From Bacteroidales bacterium (GTDB lineage: Bacteria; Bacteroidota; Bacteroidia; Bacteroidales; UBA10428): a DNA stretch of 64,000 nucleotides. A program made the position numbers and the translations under genes. Shown here piece by piece: positions 55,574 through 64,000 of the stretch; the stretch's first letter is position 1, and every line of letters begins with the position of its first letter. Below the pieces are notes generated by a model, which ran no database searches, was not told the DNA's origin, and was given only the letters and a program-made list of their open reading frames with translations. The stretch spans positions 38,163 to 102,162 of the forward strand of contig JAFGGU010000082.1 in the NCBI GenBank assembly GCA_016930375.1. Reading direction: 5' to 3'.

Positions 55574-55599
55574 CCGGTACGAAATAATAAACAAAGGAA

Positions 55600-56082
55600 A
55601 TGATGAAAAGTAAATTAATTGTCGTTGCAATATCTGCAATGGTTTTAATGGTTGGTTGCACTAATCAGAAACCTGAGACCCCGAAGGAACAAGAAGCAGA
55701 ACTAGCTTTTCCCAAAGGAGAAATCATTGCCAACAACAACTTTACAGGTACAGCATGGCTTCAAATGCTTGTGAACAATGATAGTACGTACAATACCTCC
55801 ATTGGTAATGTAACTTTTGAACCCAAGGCAAGAACCAACTGGCACAAACATCCGGGTGGGCAAATACTCCTTATTACAGAAGGCCGGGGTTATTACCAGG
55901 AAAAAGGTAAACCTGCCCAGTTATTGCATAAAGGCGATGTTGTAAGAATCCCCCCCGATGCAGAGCACTGGCACGGTGCCGCAGCCGAATACAGTCTTAC
56001 CCATATAGCAATAAGTCCCAATACCGATAAAGGAAGTGTTGTATGGTTGCAGCCTGTTTCGGACGAGGAATACAATAGATGA
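55600..56082 (+). CDS. Cupin-domain lipoprotein
   Basis: Lipobox MVLMVGC and cupin metal motifs WHKHPGGQ ... HWHGA. Confidence 0.8.
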   Translation: MMKSKLIVVAISAMVLMVGCTNQKPETPKEQEAELAFPKGEIIANNNFTGTAWLQMLVNNDSTYNTSIGNVTFEPKARTNWHKHPGGQILLITEGRGYYQEKGKPAQLLHKGDVVRIPPDAEHWHGAAAEYSLTHIAISPNTDKGSVVWLQPVSDEEYNR

Positions 56083-56296
56083 GAGATAAAAGATGTCCAG
56101 CCAATGCTTTAATGTAGGATTTTTTCATAACCCCTATGGGGGAGATCCCTGCACCATAAAAATCTAGTCCCGCAACGAAACAATGTGTTGAATGGAACAT
56201 TCAAAGTGGATTCATGATTTTCTAAAAAAGGCCGCCCTGTCAGTCTAGTAGTTGAAAGGACAATTAACCCCTACTTTGTAAAATGAGAGCAGCCTT

Positions 56297-57502
56297 TTAT
56301 TTACCTGTAAATTCAGTAACCGGAATGACCTTGTTTTTCTGTAACGGCATCTTGCTAATGATAAAAATACCCAGTATTGCCATGAAAAATACAACATAGA
56401 ATATTATATCGTATTTCCCGGTTATTTCTTTTACTTTCGAAGCAAGAGTAACACCTGTAATAGCTCCAAAACCATAAGCAGTAAAGAGTTTACCATAATT
56501 CTTTGCCGAATTTAATTCACCGAACAATTTGATTACAGAAACGGGAGCGATGGTAAGCCACCCACCGAAAACGCCCCATAAAATTGCCATTGAAATTACA
56601 AACTTCATTGATTGTCCTGGTGACAGCGTAGCGATTGTCAGGGAAGAAAAAATCAGCAATAAATAAGAAATGATTAGTGTAATCCTGAATCCGGCTTTAT
56701 CCAGCATAAAACCGAATAACAAACGACCCATTCCATTGAAAAGCGCCAGCAATGAAAGGATCATTGCAGCATCAGTGCTACTAATATTTAAAAAAGACTG
56801 ACTAAAAGGACTGGATATGCTTATGGCCATAAGACCGGAAAAGGTAACAATGAAAAAAAGCAACCAAAGTAAATAAAAACTGCTGTATCTTGTTACCGGC
56901 AGATTATCCCCATATACAGCCACGCTAGGTTTTTGTTTGGAATAATCTTCGGGATTTGTAAAAAATAAAGCCATTACAGGCAGTAACAATAAAAATCCAA
57001 TGCCAATCAGTACGAAGGCATCAGATACTCCATAATTTTCAATAAAAGTTGAAGCGACCGGGGCAGTTACCAATGGAGATAAGCCAAAGCCAAGCAAGAT
57101 TCCCCCGGTTGCAATTCCTTTGGAACCAGGAAACCACCTGGAAGCCATAGCAACAGGTACACCATAAAGCATTCCAACTCCTATACCACCCAAAACACCA
57201 TAGCCAATCACAAGTTGATGTATTGTACTACAATAACCTGATAAAAGATAACCGGCGGATAGCAAAAGACTACCCGTTATTGCAATAAGAGACGGCTTAA
57301 ATCTCTCTATGAGTTCTCCGGCAACTGGCATGGTAAATGCATACAAGGCGAGGAAAACAAGAAATGGTAGTCCGCTTTTTGAGGATGATATGCCAAGTGA
57401 ATTTTCCAATGGAACTCTAAAAACACTCCACGAATATACAGTTCCCATTAAAAGCGCTGATAAAAATCCTAAAGGGATAATAAGGTATTTCCTGGAAATC
57501 AT
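56297..57502 (-). CDS. MFS transporter, oxalate/formate antiporter (OFA)-like
   Basis: 401 aa, 12 predicted TM segments, with an N-terminal GTVYSWSVF motif typical of OFA-family MFS proteins. Confidence 0.8.
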   Translation of the reverse strand: MISRKYLIIPLGFLSALLMGTVYSWSVFRVPLENSLGISSSKSGLPFLVFLALYAFTMPVAGELIERFKPSLIAITGSLLLSAGYLLSGYCSTIHQLVIGYGVLGGIGVGMLYGVPVAMASRWFPGSKGIATGGILLGFGLSPLVTAPVASTFIENYGVSDAFVLIGIGFLLLLPVMALFFTNPEDYSKQKPSVAVYGDNLPVTRYSSFYLLWLLFFIVTFSGLMAISISSPFSQSFLNISSTDAAMILSLLALFNGMGRLLFGFMLDKAGFRITLIISYLLLIFSSLTIATLSPGQSMKFVISMAILWGVFGGWLTIAPVSVIKLFGELNSAKNYGKLFTAYGFGAITGVTLASKVKEITGKYDIIFYVVFFMAILGIFIISKMPLQKNKVIPVTEFTGK

Positions 57503-57656
57503 TTTTTAACAATAGTTATTTTGAATTGAAAAAATATGAATTACTTGTCAAATAAATTAAATATTATTTACTTTAACAAATTAATATTAAATTATATTTA
57601 ATGGATGAAATTCACCGATTCAATACAAATAGTTAATTTTGTTAAAACTGAATCTT

Positions 57657-58211
57657 ATGAACAAGCTTGGTGAAAGGATACGAAAACGAAGAGAACATCT
57701 TGAAATACCAATGAATGTTTTGGCCAAAGGCATTGGGATAACTCCCAGTATGTTGTCTCAGATAGAAAATGCCAAGGCTTTTCCATCTTTGCACACCATA
57801 AAACACATTGCTGATTATTTGAATACTTCAGTAGGAGCGTTGATTGGTGAGAACGATACTTTTGCCTCAAATCCTGTAATTTCCTGGGACGAAAAAAAAT
57901 TCGTAAAGCGAAATGAAAATGGTGCAACCTTATATTTGCTGGCTCATTACAGTCCCGTTCAAACCATGGAAATATATGCGCTAGAGCTTGAAAAAGGAGG
58001 TATTTCCATTGGATTAATAGACCATCGGCGAAACGGGCAGGAATTTTGTTTTGTAATAAGCGGGGTTTTATCGGTTATTTTTAAAGATTCGTCGCATGAA
58101 CTTGCCAATCAAGGAAGTATTTATTTTTATTCACATGACTTAAAATACTTCCAGAATAATTCTACTGATAAAACCTATATATTATGGGTTCTTTCACCTT
58201 TAAAGACTTAG
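57657..58211 (+). CDS. XRE-family HTH regulator with a C-terminal cupin sensor domain
   Basis: HTH_3 (LGERIRKRREHLEIPMNVLAKGIGITPSMLSQIENAK) plus a ~90-aa cupin-like C-terminus. The ATG at 57657 is preferred over the TTG at 57639. Confidence 0.85.
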   Translation: MNKLGERIRKRREHLEIPMNVLAKGIGITPSMLSQIENAKAFPSLHTIKHIADYLNTSVGALIGENDTFASNPVISWDEKKFVKRNENGATLYLLAHYSPVQTMEIYALELEKGGISIGLIDHRRNGQEFCFVISGVLSVIFKDSSHELANQGSIYFYSHDLKYFQNNSTDKTYILWVLSPLKT

Positions 58212-58392
58212 GAACTAAATTTTGATTTTATTTTGAATGCGGTGCAATAATTATTGATTTCCCCCACTATTAAATAATATTTAATATATTTGCGATAAAT
58301 TAATTTCTATTTAATATAAGTCAAAAAGGCAAAAAGTTAAATTATCTTAAATGATCACCATGAATGGTTACATCTATTATATTTAACCCGAC

Positions 58393-58695
58393 ATGAGAAT
58401 CCTAAAGAAATTAATATTTCCAGTATTTTTATTCGCTTTCATATCCTTTTTCCTGGCACATGATATTGCCAATCACTGCCATCACGAAAAGGATAAAATT
58501 GAAAATACTGCTGGTGGTTCCGGTTCCCGCGATTTTTTTACCTCAGAAACCTCAGCAGAAGAAGATGTTTCCTTTTTCATACAATATTGTACTGCACAAT
58601 GTATAAAAGCAGGTGGCAAAAATCTGTCATCGCCGGTTTCTATGTTACCTCCACAGCTTTATTATTCCATTTGGCTTCCGCCTGACAATTCCTAG
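58393..58695 (+). CDS. Hypothetical small membrane-anchored protein
   Basis: 100 aa with one N-terminal TM segment. No other support beyond ORF length and the absence of a competing frame. Confidence 0.35.
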   Translation: MRILKKLIFPVFLFAFISFFLAHDIANHCHHEKDKIENTAGGSGSRDFFTSETSAEEDVSFFIQYCTAQCIKAGGKNLSSPVSMLPPQLYYSIWLPPDNS

Positions 58696-58830
58696 AACTT
58701 ATCTTTCACAATGGGCAATTATTTGTGGTGACCTGCCAATTGAATTAGGTCCACCGCTACTAAGATCTTATGACGGCTAGGATCTTGCGTTAAAGTTCTA
58801 TACTAAAGATATGTTATTGACACAGTATTT

Positions 58831-59445
58831 ATGAAGGATTGGCTTAAGGAGTTATATACCGGGAGTCTGATATGGGCAGGTACAAAATGGAGCGCATGGG
58901 CACTGTTTTTTTGTGCATTTGCAGATGCCTCATTCTTACCGTTGCCAACTCCAATGTTTTTCCTGACATTAACACTTATAGATATCTCTAAAGCTTATAG
59001 GTATGCATTCTTTGTAACAATAGGAACACTTGTTGGTGCTATTGCAGGTTATTCCATTGGTTATTTTGCCTGGCTTACAATAAATGGAGAGTTCACCAGG
59101 CTTGCACAGTTTCTGTTTGAAAATATTCCCGGATTTTCTGAAACAGCCTACAATAATATCCAAATTCAATATGCAAAATGGGATTTTGGAGTATTGTTTT
59201 TAGCATCGTTAATGCCTGTTCCCTATAAGATATTTTCAATTTCGTCGGGCGTATTTGACCTTAATATATTCATGTTTTGTATTGCCACGCTAATTAGCCA
59301 GGGTGTAAAGTATTATTTGTTGGCACTCTTAGCAATAAAAATTGGACCTAGAGTTAAAGAACTGCTTAAACTACGGCTAAGGGCAGTTGCAATTATTGCT
59401 ACAGCATGTATTGTTGTTACCATTTTAGCAATTGGAGTTTTTTAA
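58831..59445 (+). CDS. YqaA/DedA-superfamily membrane protein (paralog 1)
   Basis: 204 aa with FADASFLPLPTPMF (the YqaA-type F-x-E/D-x-x-F-x-P-x-P motif) and 4-5 TM segments. Confidence 0.75.
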   Translation: MKDWLKELYTGSLIWAGTKWSAWALFFCAFADASFLPLPTPMFFLTLTLIDISKAYRYAFFVTIGTLVGAIAGYSIGYFAWLTINGEFTRLAQFLFENIPGFSETAYNNIQIQYAKWDFGVLFLASLMPVPYKIFSISSGVFDLNIFMFCIATLISQGVKYYLLALLAIKIGPRVKELLKLRLRAVAIIATACIVVTILAIGVF

Positions 59446-59453
59446 TTAAGGAC

Positions 59454-60068
59454 ATGAATGGGTTGAAAAAAATATATGATTGGGTGCTTAAATGGGCTGA
59501 AACTCCTTATGGTATTTATGCACTATTTATTCTTGCATTCTCCGAATCTGTATTTTTCCCGATTCCCCCGGATGTTTTGCTTATTGCACTAGCCATGGGA
59601 AGTACGGTAAAATCATTTCGATATGCGGCAATTTGTACCATCGGTTCGGTATCCGGGGCCTTTATGGGATATGCCATTGGACATTTAGTATGGATTTCAT
59701 CTGACGGAGAACTCACGGGTTTTGCCAATTTCTTTTTCAACAATATACCCGGATTTTCTTTCAGTTTATTTAATGGTATCAAAGCATTGTATACTGAATG
59801 GGATTTCTGGGTAATATTCACAGCTGGTTTCACCCCAATTCCATACAAGGTATTCACGGTTACCTCAGGGATTTTTGATATTAATCCTGTGATGTTTCTG
59901 GTAGCATCATTTATAAGCCGTGGCGCAAGGTTTTATCTGGTTGCATGGCTCATATGGAGATACGGCCCGGATATCAAACGGTATATAGAAAAATATTTCA
60001 ATTTGTTTGCCTTTGGCTTTATGATTATTTTAATCGGAAGCTTTGTAATAGTTAAATATTTAATTTAA
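59454..60068 (+). CDS. YqaA/DedA-superfamily membrane protein (paralog 2)
   Basis: 204 aa from MNGLKKIYDW (track start 59406 is inside paralog 1). Has FSESVFFPIPPDVL and is roughly 35-40% identical by eye to the upstream paralog. Confidence 0.75.
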   Translation: MNGLKKIYDWVLKWAETPYGIYALFILAFSESVFFPIPPDVLLIALAMGSTVKSFRYAAICTIGSVSGAFMGYAIGHLVWISSDGELTGFANFFFNNIPGFSFSLFNGIKALYTEWDFWVIFTAGFTPIPYKVFTVTSGIFDINPVMFLVASFISRGARFYLVAWLIWRYGPDIKRYIEKYFNLFAFGFMIILIGSFVIVKYLI

Positions 60069-60079
60069 AATGTATTACT

Positions 60080-60331
60080 ATGAATTGTCCAAATTGCGAT
60101 GTAACATTGGTAATGTCCGACAAGCAGGGCATTGAAATCGATTATTGTCCCAGGTGCAGAGGGGTATGGCTTGATCGTGGTGAACTTGACAAAATCATCG
60201 AACGTTCAGCAGAAATCCAAAGCAGACCCAATTTTAATCCTCACAACCATATGCATGATAATCATGACTACAAGCAACATGGCTATGAAAAACACAGGAG
60301 AAAAGGATTCCTAGAAGAATTTTTTTATTAA
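60080..60331 (+). CDS. Zinc-ribbon (TFIIB-type zf) protein with a His-rich tail
   Basis: CPNC...CPRCRGVWLDRGELDKI is the transcription-factor zinc-ribbon signature. The C-terminus is HNHMHDNHDYKQHGYEKH. Confidence 0.75.
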   Translation: MNCPNCDVTLVMSDKQGIEIDYCPRCRGVWLDRGELDKIIERSAEIQSRPNFNPHNHMHDNHDYKQHGYEKHRRKGFLEEFFY

Positions 60332-60342
60332 ATATTTCGTAT

Positions 60343-60882
60343 ATGGCAAAGTATCCGGCGATATTTCTGGACAGAGACGGGACAATAATTGAAGATACAG
60401 GATATATTAAAAATCCATTGGATATGATTTTCTTTTCCGAGAGTTTTAAGGCTCTTCGTTTAATGCAGGATTATTATCTACTTTTTATAATTACCAACCA
60501 ATCCGGGATAGCCAAAGGTTTTATCACAGAAGATGAGGTGAAAAGTGTTAACAAATATCTTGTTGAGAGCTTTAAATCCAGGAACATCATAATCCATGAG
60601 ATTTTTTATTGTCCGCATAAAAGGGAAGATAATTGCACATGCAAAAAGCCCTTTCCCTATTTCATAAATATGGCAGCTGAATTATACAATTTAAGTCTGA
60701 AGGATTCATATATTATTGGCGATCACCCATCTGATGTAGATTGCGGCTTAAACGCCGGAGTTAAGCCGATATACCTTTTAACCGGTCATGGCAGGAAACA
60801 TTGGGAAGAAATAGCCCCTTATATAAAAACCTGCGAAAATATCCTTGCTGCTGCTCATTATGTAACCAACAATTCTAAATGA
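60343..60882 (+). CDS. gmhB: HAD-IIIA phosphatase, D,D-heptose 1,7-bisphosphate phosphatase-like
   Basis: FLDRDGTI (DxD nucleophile motif), ITNQSG, the Zn-binding insert CPHKREDNCTCKKP, and GD..SD. Confidence 0.8.
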   Translation: MAKYPAIFLDRDGTIIEDTGYIKNPLDMIFFSESFKALRLMQDYYLLFIITNQSGIAKGFITEDEVKSVNKYLVESFKSRNIIIHEIFYCPHKREDNCTCKKPFPYFINMAAELYNLSLKDSYIIGDHPSDVDCGLNAGVKPIYLLTGHGRKHWEEIAPYIKTCENILAAAHYVTNNSK

Positions 60883-60928
60883 CAGCGCTGGTTGTGATCA
60901 ATAACAATTAAATTAAGCATTAAAAAAG

Positions 60929-63505
60929 ATGAACTGGCACCGATTAAGTATTCAGGAAGCATTTGAATTGCTGGGAACAAACCAGGATGGTTTAAGTACA
61001 TCCGCAGCTGAAATAAAACTGATGCAGACAGGCCCGAACGAGTTGGACGAAGGTAAAAAGAAAAGCATAGCCGGTATGCTTTTAGCTCAGTTTAAAGATG
61101 TGATGATATTAGTATTAATGGCTGCCGCGATTATATCAGGGATTATTGGGGATGTAACAGATACCATTGTTATCCTAATTATAGTCCTTTTAAATGCATT
61201 CATAGGCTTCATTCAGGAGTATCGTGCTGAAAAGGCAATGCAGGCGCTGAAACAAATGGCAGTTACACAGGCAAGGGTATTGCGTGATGGAATTGTCATC
61301 TGGTTACCTGCAACTGAATTGGTCCCGGGTGATGTAGTTTTGCTGGAGGCAGGTAATTCTGTTCCTGCAGACCTGCGCATTATTGAATCAATTAATTTGA
61401 AAATTGAGGAAGCTGCACTAACCGGCGAATCCCATGCCATTGAAAAAAATACCCAGGCGCTGGACACAGATGATATATCAGTTGGCGATAAGAAGAATAT
61501 GGCTTTCAAAGGCACTTTTGTTACCTATGGCCGTGGTAAGGGAGTAGTTATTGCCACCGGCATGCAGACAGAATTGGGCCGGATTGCGAAAATGCTGCAG
61601 GAGGAAGAATCACTCACTCCACTGCAACAACGCATGGCATCATTTGGAAAGAAACTTTCAATACTGGTACTGTTCTTATGCATTGTTTTTTTTGTTGCAG
61701 GATGGTTGCGGGGCGAGGATATCATTAAAATGGTGCTCACGAGCATTTCATTGGCTGTTGCAGCAATTCCCGAGGCCTTACCTGCAGTCATTACCATCTC
61801 GCTTGCATTGGCTGCAAAAAGAATGATTCGTTTCAACAGCCTGATCAGAAAACTTCCTGCAGTAGAAACATTAGGTTCTGTTACATATATATGCACTGAT
61901 AAGACCGGTACCCTTACAAAAAACAAAATGCATGTAGAGCAAGTGTTTGTAAACGGTCAACTGTATGAAAGAGATGAATTGATCGCTCACAGGCAAAAGG
62001 AAGCAGTCAGTTTACTACTGCATGCTTTTGCATTAAACAATGATGCTTTCGAAGATAAGGATAAGAACATTAAAGGTGACAGTACTGAAATTGCGTTGTT
62101 GGAGGTGGCCCTGGAACATAATGTACTACCAGATGTGTGGCCCCGTTTGGCAGAAATTGCATTTGATTCGGACAGAAAACTGATGACCACTTTTCACCGT
62201 TATAACAGCAGTATTATTTCACTGACAAAAGGTGCACCTGATATTCTTCTGCAGCGCTGTGACGATATAGATTCAGGAGCGATGCAGAATCAGGTGGAGG
62301 AGATGGCTGATAAAGGGCATCGTGTGTTGGGCTTTGCTTATCGGATCTGGGATGATTTGCCGGAAAACCCCAGTAGCGAGTTTCATGAATCAGGATTACG
62401 GTTTATAGGATTAACAGGCATCATTGATCCACCCAGGGAAGAAGTATTTGATGCAGTAAGTCAATGCAAAACGGCCGGTATTGTTCCTGTCATGATAACC
62501 GGTGATCATCCGATTACAGCGAAGACCATCGCACAACGAATCGGAATATTAAGCAGTGAAAATGATATTGTAATTACCGGACAGCAACTGGCTGCAATGG
62601 ATAATGAGAGCTTTTTATCAAAAGTAGATATGATTAAAGTATACGCCAGGGTTTCACCGGATCAAAAACTTCAGATTGTAAAAGCGTTGCAGGAGAATGG
62701 CCACTATATTGCCATGACTGGCGATGGTGTTAATGATGCTCCTTCGCTGAAAAGAGCGAATATTGGAATCGCCATGGGAATAACAGGTACCGATGTTTCC
62801 AAGGAGGCAGCCCATATGATTTTATTGGATGATAACTTTTCGACTATTGTAAAAGCTGTAAGAGAGGGCAGAAGAATCTATGATAACATCCTCAAATTTA
62901 TTAAATACCTGATGACGACGAATTCAGGAGAATTATGGACATTGCTTTTAGGTCCGATGTTAGGTTTACCCGTCGCACTGTTACCCATACATATATTATG
63001 GATTAACCTGGTTACAGACGGCTTACCTGCCATATCGTTGTCATTTGAGAAAGCAGAAAAAGATATCATGAAACGACCGCCACGTCCGCCACAACAGAGT
63101 GTTTTTGCCAATGGAAGAGGACTTCATATGATTTGGGTAGGCTTACTAATGGCAGTTATTACACTGGCAGCACAAGGCTGGGCCATTAATAGGGGACTGC
63201 ATTGGCAGACCATTGTTTTCAATATTCTTTGCTTAAGTCAGATAGGACATGTTTTAGCAATCCGTTCAATGAGGCAGTCCTTCTTCAGTTCAGGTATGTT
63301 CTCCAATAAGGCACTTATAGCCGCCGTGGTATTGGCCGTAGGATTGCAATTTGTTGTGACCTATATACCATTTTTACAACCGATTTTTCAGACTGAAGCA
63401 CTAACCCTAAAAGAAGTCACCATTGTTTTCATTCTCTCTTCACTTGTATTTTTTGCCGTTGAGATTGAAAAGGCGATTTCAAGGAGAGGAAATAGAAATT
63501 ATTAA
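60929..63505 (+). CDS. P-type ATPase, P2 (Ca2+/cation-transporting) type
   Basis: 858 aa with TGES, the phosphorylation site CTDKTGTLT, the hinge TGDGVNDAPSLKRANIGIAMG, and 10 TM segments. Confidence 0.93.
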   Translation: MNWHRLSIQEAFELLGTNQDGLSTSAAEIKLMQTGPNELDEGKKKSIAGMLLAQFKDVMILVLMAAAIISGIIGDVTDTIVILIIVLLNAFIGFIQEYRAEKAMQALKQMAVTQARVLRDGIVIWLPATELVPGDVVLLEAGNSVPADLRIIESINLKIEEAALTGESHAIEKNTQALDTDDISVGDKKNMAFKGTFVTYGRGKGVVIATGMQTELGRIAKMLQEEESLTPLQQRMASFGKKLSILVLFLCIVFFVAGWLRGEDIIKMVLTSISLAVAAIPEALPAVITISLALAAKRMIRFNSLIRKLPAVETLGSVTYICTDKTGTLTKNKMHVEQVFVNGQLYERDELIAHRQKEAVSLLLHAFALNNDAFEDKDKNIKGDSTEIALLEVALEHNVLPDVWPRLAEIAFDSDRKLMTTFHRYNSSIISLTKGAPDILLQRCDDIDSGAMQNQVEEMADKGHRVLGFAYRIWDDLPENPSSEFHESGLRFIGLTGIIDPPREEVFDAVSQCKTAGIVPVMITGDHPITAKTIAQRIGILSSENDIVITGQQLAAMDNESFLSKVDMIKVYARVSPDQKLQIVKALQENGHYIAMTGDGVNDAPSLKRANIGIAMGITGTDVSKEAAHMILLDDNFSTIVKAVREGRRIYDNILKFIKYLMTTNSGELWTLLLGPMLGLPVALLPIHILWINLVTDGLPAISLSFEKAEKDIMKRPPRPPQQSVFANGRGLHMIWVGLLMAVITLAAQGWAINRGLHWQTIVFNILCLSQIGHVLAIRSMRQSFFSSGMFSNKALIAAVVLAVGLQFVVTYIPFLQPIFQTEALTLKEVTIVFILSSLVFFAVEIEKAISRRGNRNY

Positions 63506-63688
63506 ACCATACAAAATAAAGCTTGTATTTAGGAATATGGTTAAAGCTTTAGGCAATAAGAGTGGGATTACTGCGTGATCCCGCTTGGGGGGATCCTTGC
63601 AGCAGTGAATAAATCCCGGGCTTCGAAACGGGATTTTATTGCCTCAGGATTCTTATCCAAATAATGTTCAAAAATATTTTTAAAATAT

Positions 63689-63720
63689 TTTGGTTTATAA
63701 TATAAACTATTTTATATTTG
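63689..63720 (+). promoter_or_regulatory. Consensus Bacteroidetes promoter (TTTG-N20-TAtaTTTG)
   Basis: TTTG at 63689-63692, a 20-nt spacer, then TATATTTG at 63713-63720, 31 nt upstream of the ATG at 63751. Confidence 0.55.
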
Positions 63721-63750
63721 TAGCATATTAATAACTAATATAAATCCTAT

Positions 63751-64000
63751 ATGGATAGCAAGGAACTCACACCAAACGAAAGTTTAGCCCTGATAACCAA
63801 CGTAATATTGGAGGCTAAATCCAGATTCCGGGACAATGGTTTTTCCTTCATACTCCTCGGAATATGCAGTTTTGCCGCCAGTCTGGGTCAGTTTGTCCTG
63901 CTCAAACTTGAATTTTATCAGATCAATTATTTTCCTTACTTCATCATGCCGGTCGCCGGGGCAATAACCTTTTTTTATTATCAGAAGAAAGGACGAATGG
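63751..64000 (+). CDS. Hypothetical membrane protein (5' partial, runs off the window)
   Basis: ATG at 63751, open to the window end (83 codons). Has two hydrophobic segments (FSFILLGICSFAASLGQFVLL, YFIMPVAGAITFFYY). Absent from the ORF track because it is truncated. Confidence 0.5.
   Translation, partial: MDSKELTPNESLALITNVILEAKSRFRDNGFSFILLGICSFAASLGQFVLLKLEFYQINYFPYFIMPVAGAITFFYYQKKGRM

Noticed and set aside
56131-56182. GAAAC-ending motif (also at 63578-63632) considered as orphan CRISPR repeats
   Set aside because: These are single, diverged copies 7 kb apart with no array structure. The shared ...CGAAAC ending alone is not diagnostic.

Overview
This window reads as a Bacteroidota (Bacteroidia-like) chromosome. 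The evidence is a Rho with a ~190-aa low-complexity N-terminal insertion, a short primary sigma factor, exact TTTG-N20-TAnnTTTG promoter boxes with no Shine-Dalgarno signals, a tmRNA encoding the tag GEANYALAA, a mitochondrial-type 755-aa aconitase and an 1182-aa pyruvate:ferredoxin oxidoreductase. Positions ~1-43 kb are dense housekeeping: asnB, miaA, aconitase, a GT51 transglycosylase, tsaC, comEC, def, ruvX, nifJ, rho, rpoD, rpe, ssrA, gnd, pdxB, zwf-pgl and a class II photolyase. Interspersed are exported hypothetical proteins, an ankyrin protein with a barrel-like tail, a degraded htrA relic, and a GpgS-like glycosyltransferase near a large P-loop protein. From ~44 kb the window becomes accessory and repeat-rich. 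It holds a family of nested-hairpin (REP/MITE-like) repeats, an AraC-linked block of five exported hydrolase/CMD/cupin genes, an XRE-cupin regulator with an MFS transporter, tandem YqaA paralogs and a P-type ATPase. The most likely new system is a two-gene cassette at 45980-47305. A 93-aa Cys-rich peptide with three 14-residue KPKxSACGAGD-type repeats is followed 15 nt later by a radical SAM/SPASM enzyme. An HxlR regulator lies divergently upstream and the hairpin repeat family brackets the locus. All family assignments come from motif recognition by eye. No database search, GC calculation or RNA folding was run.
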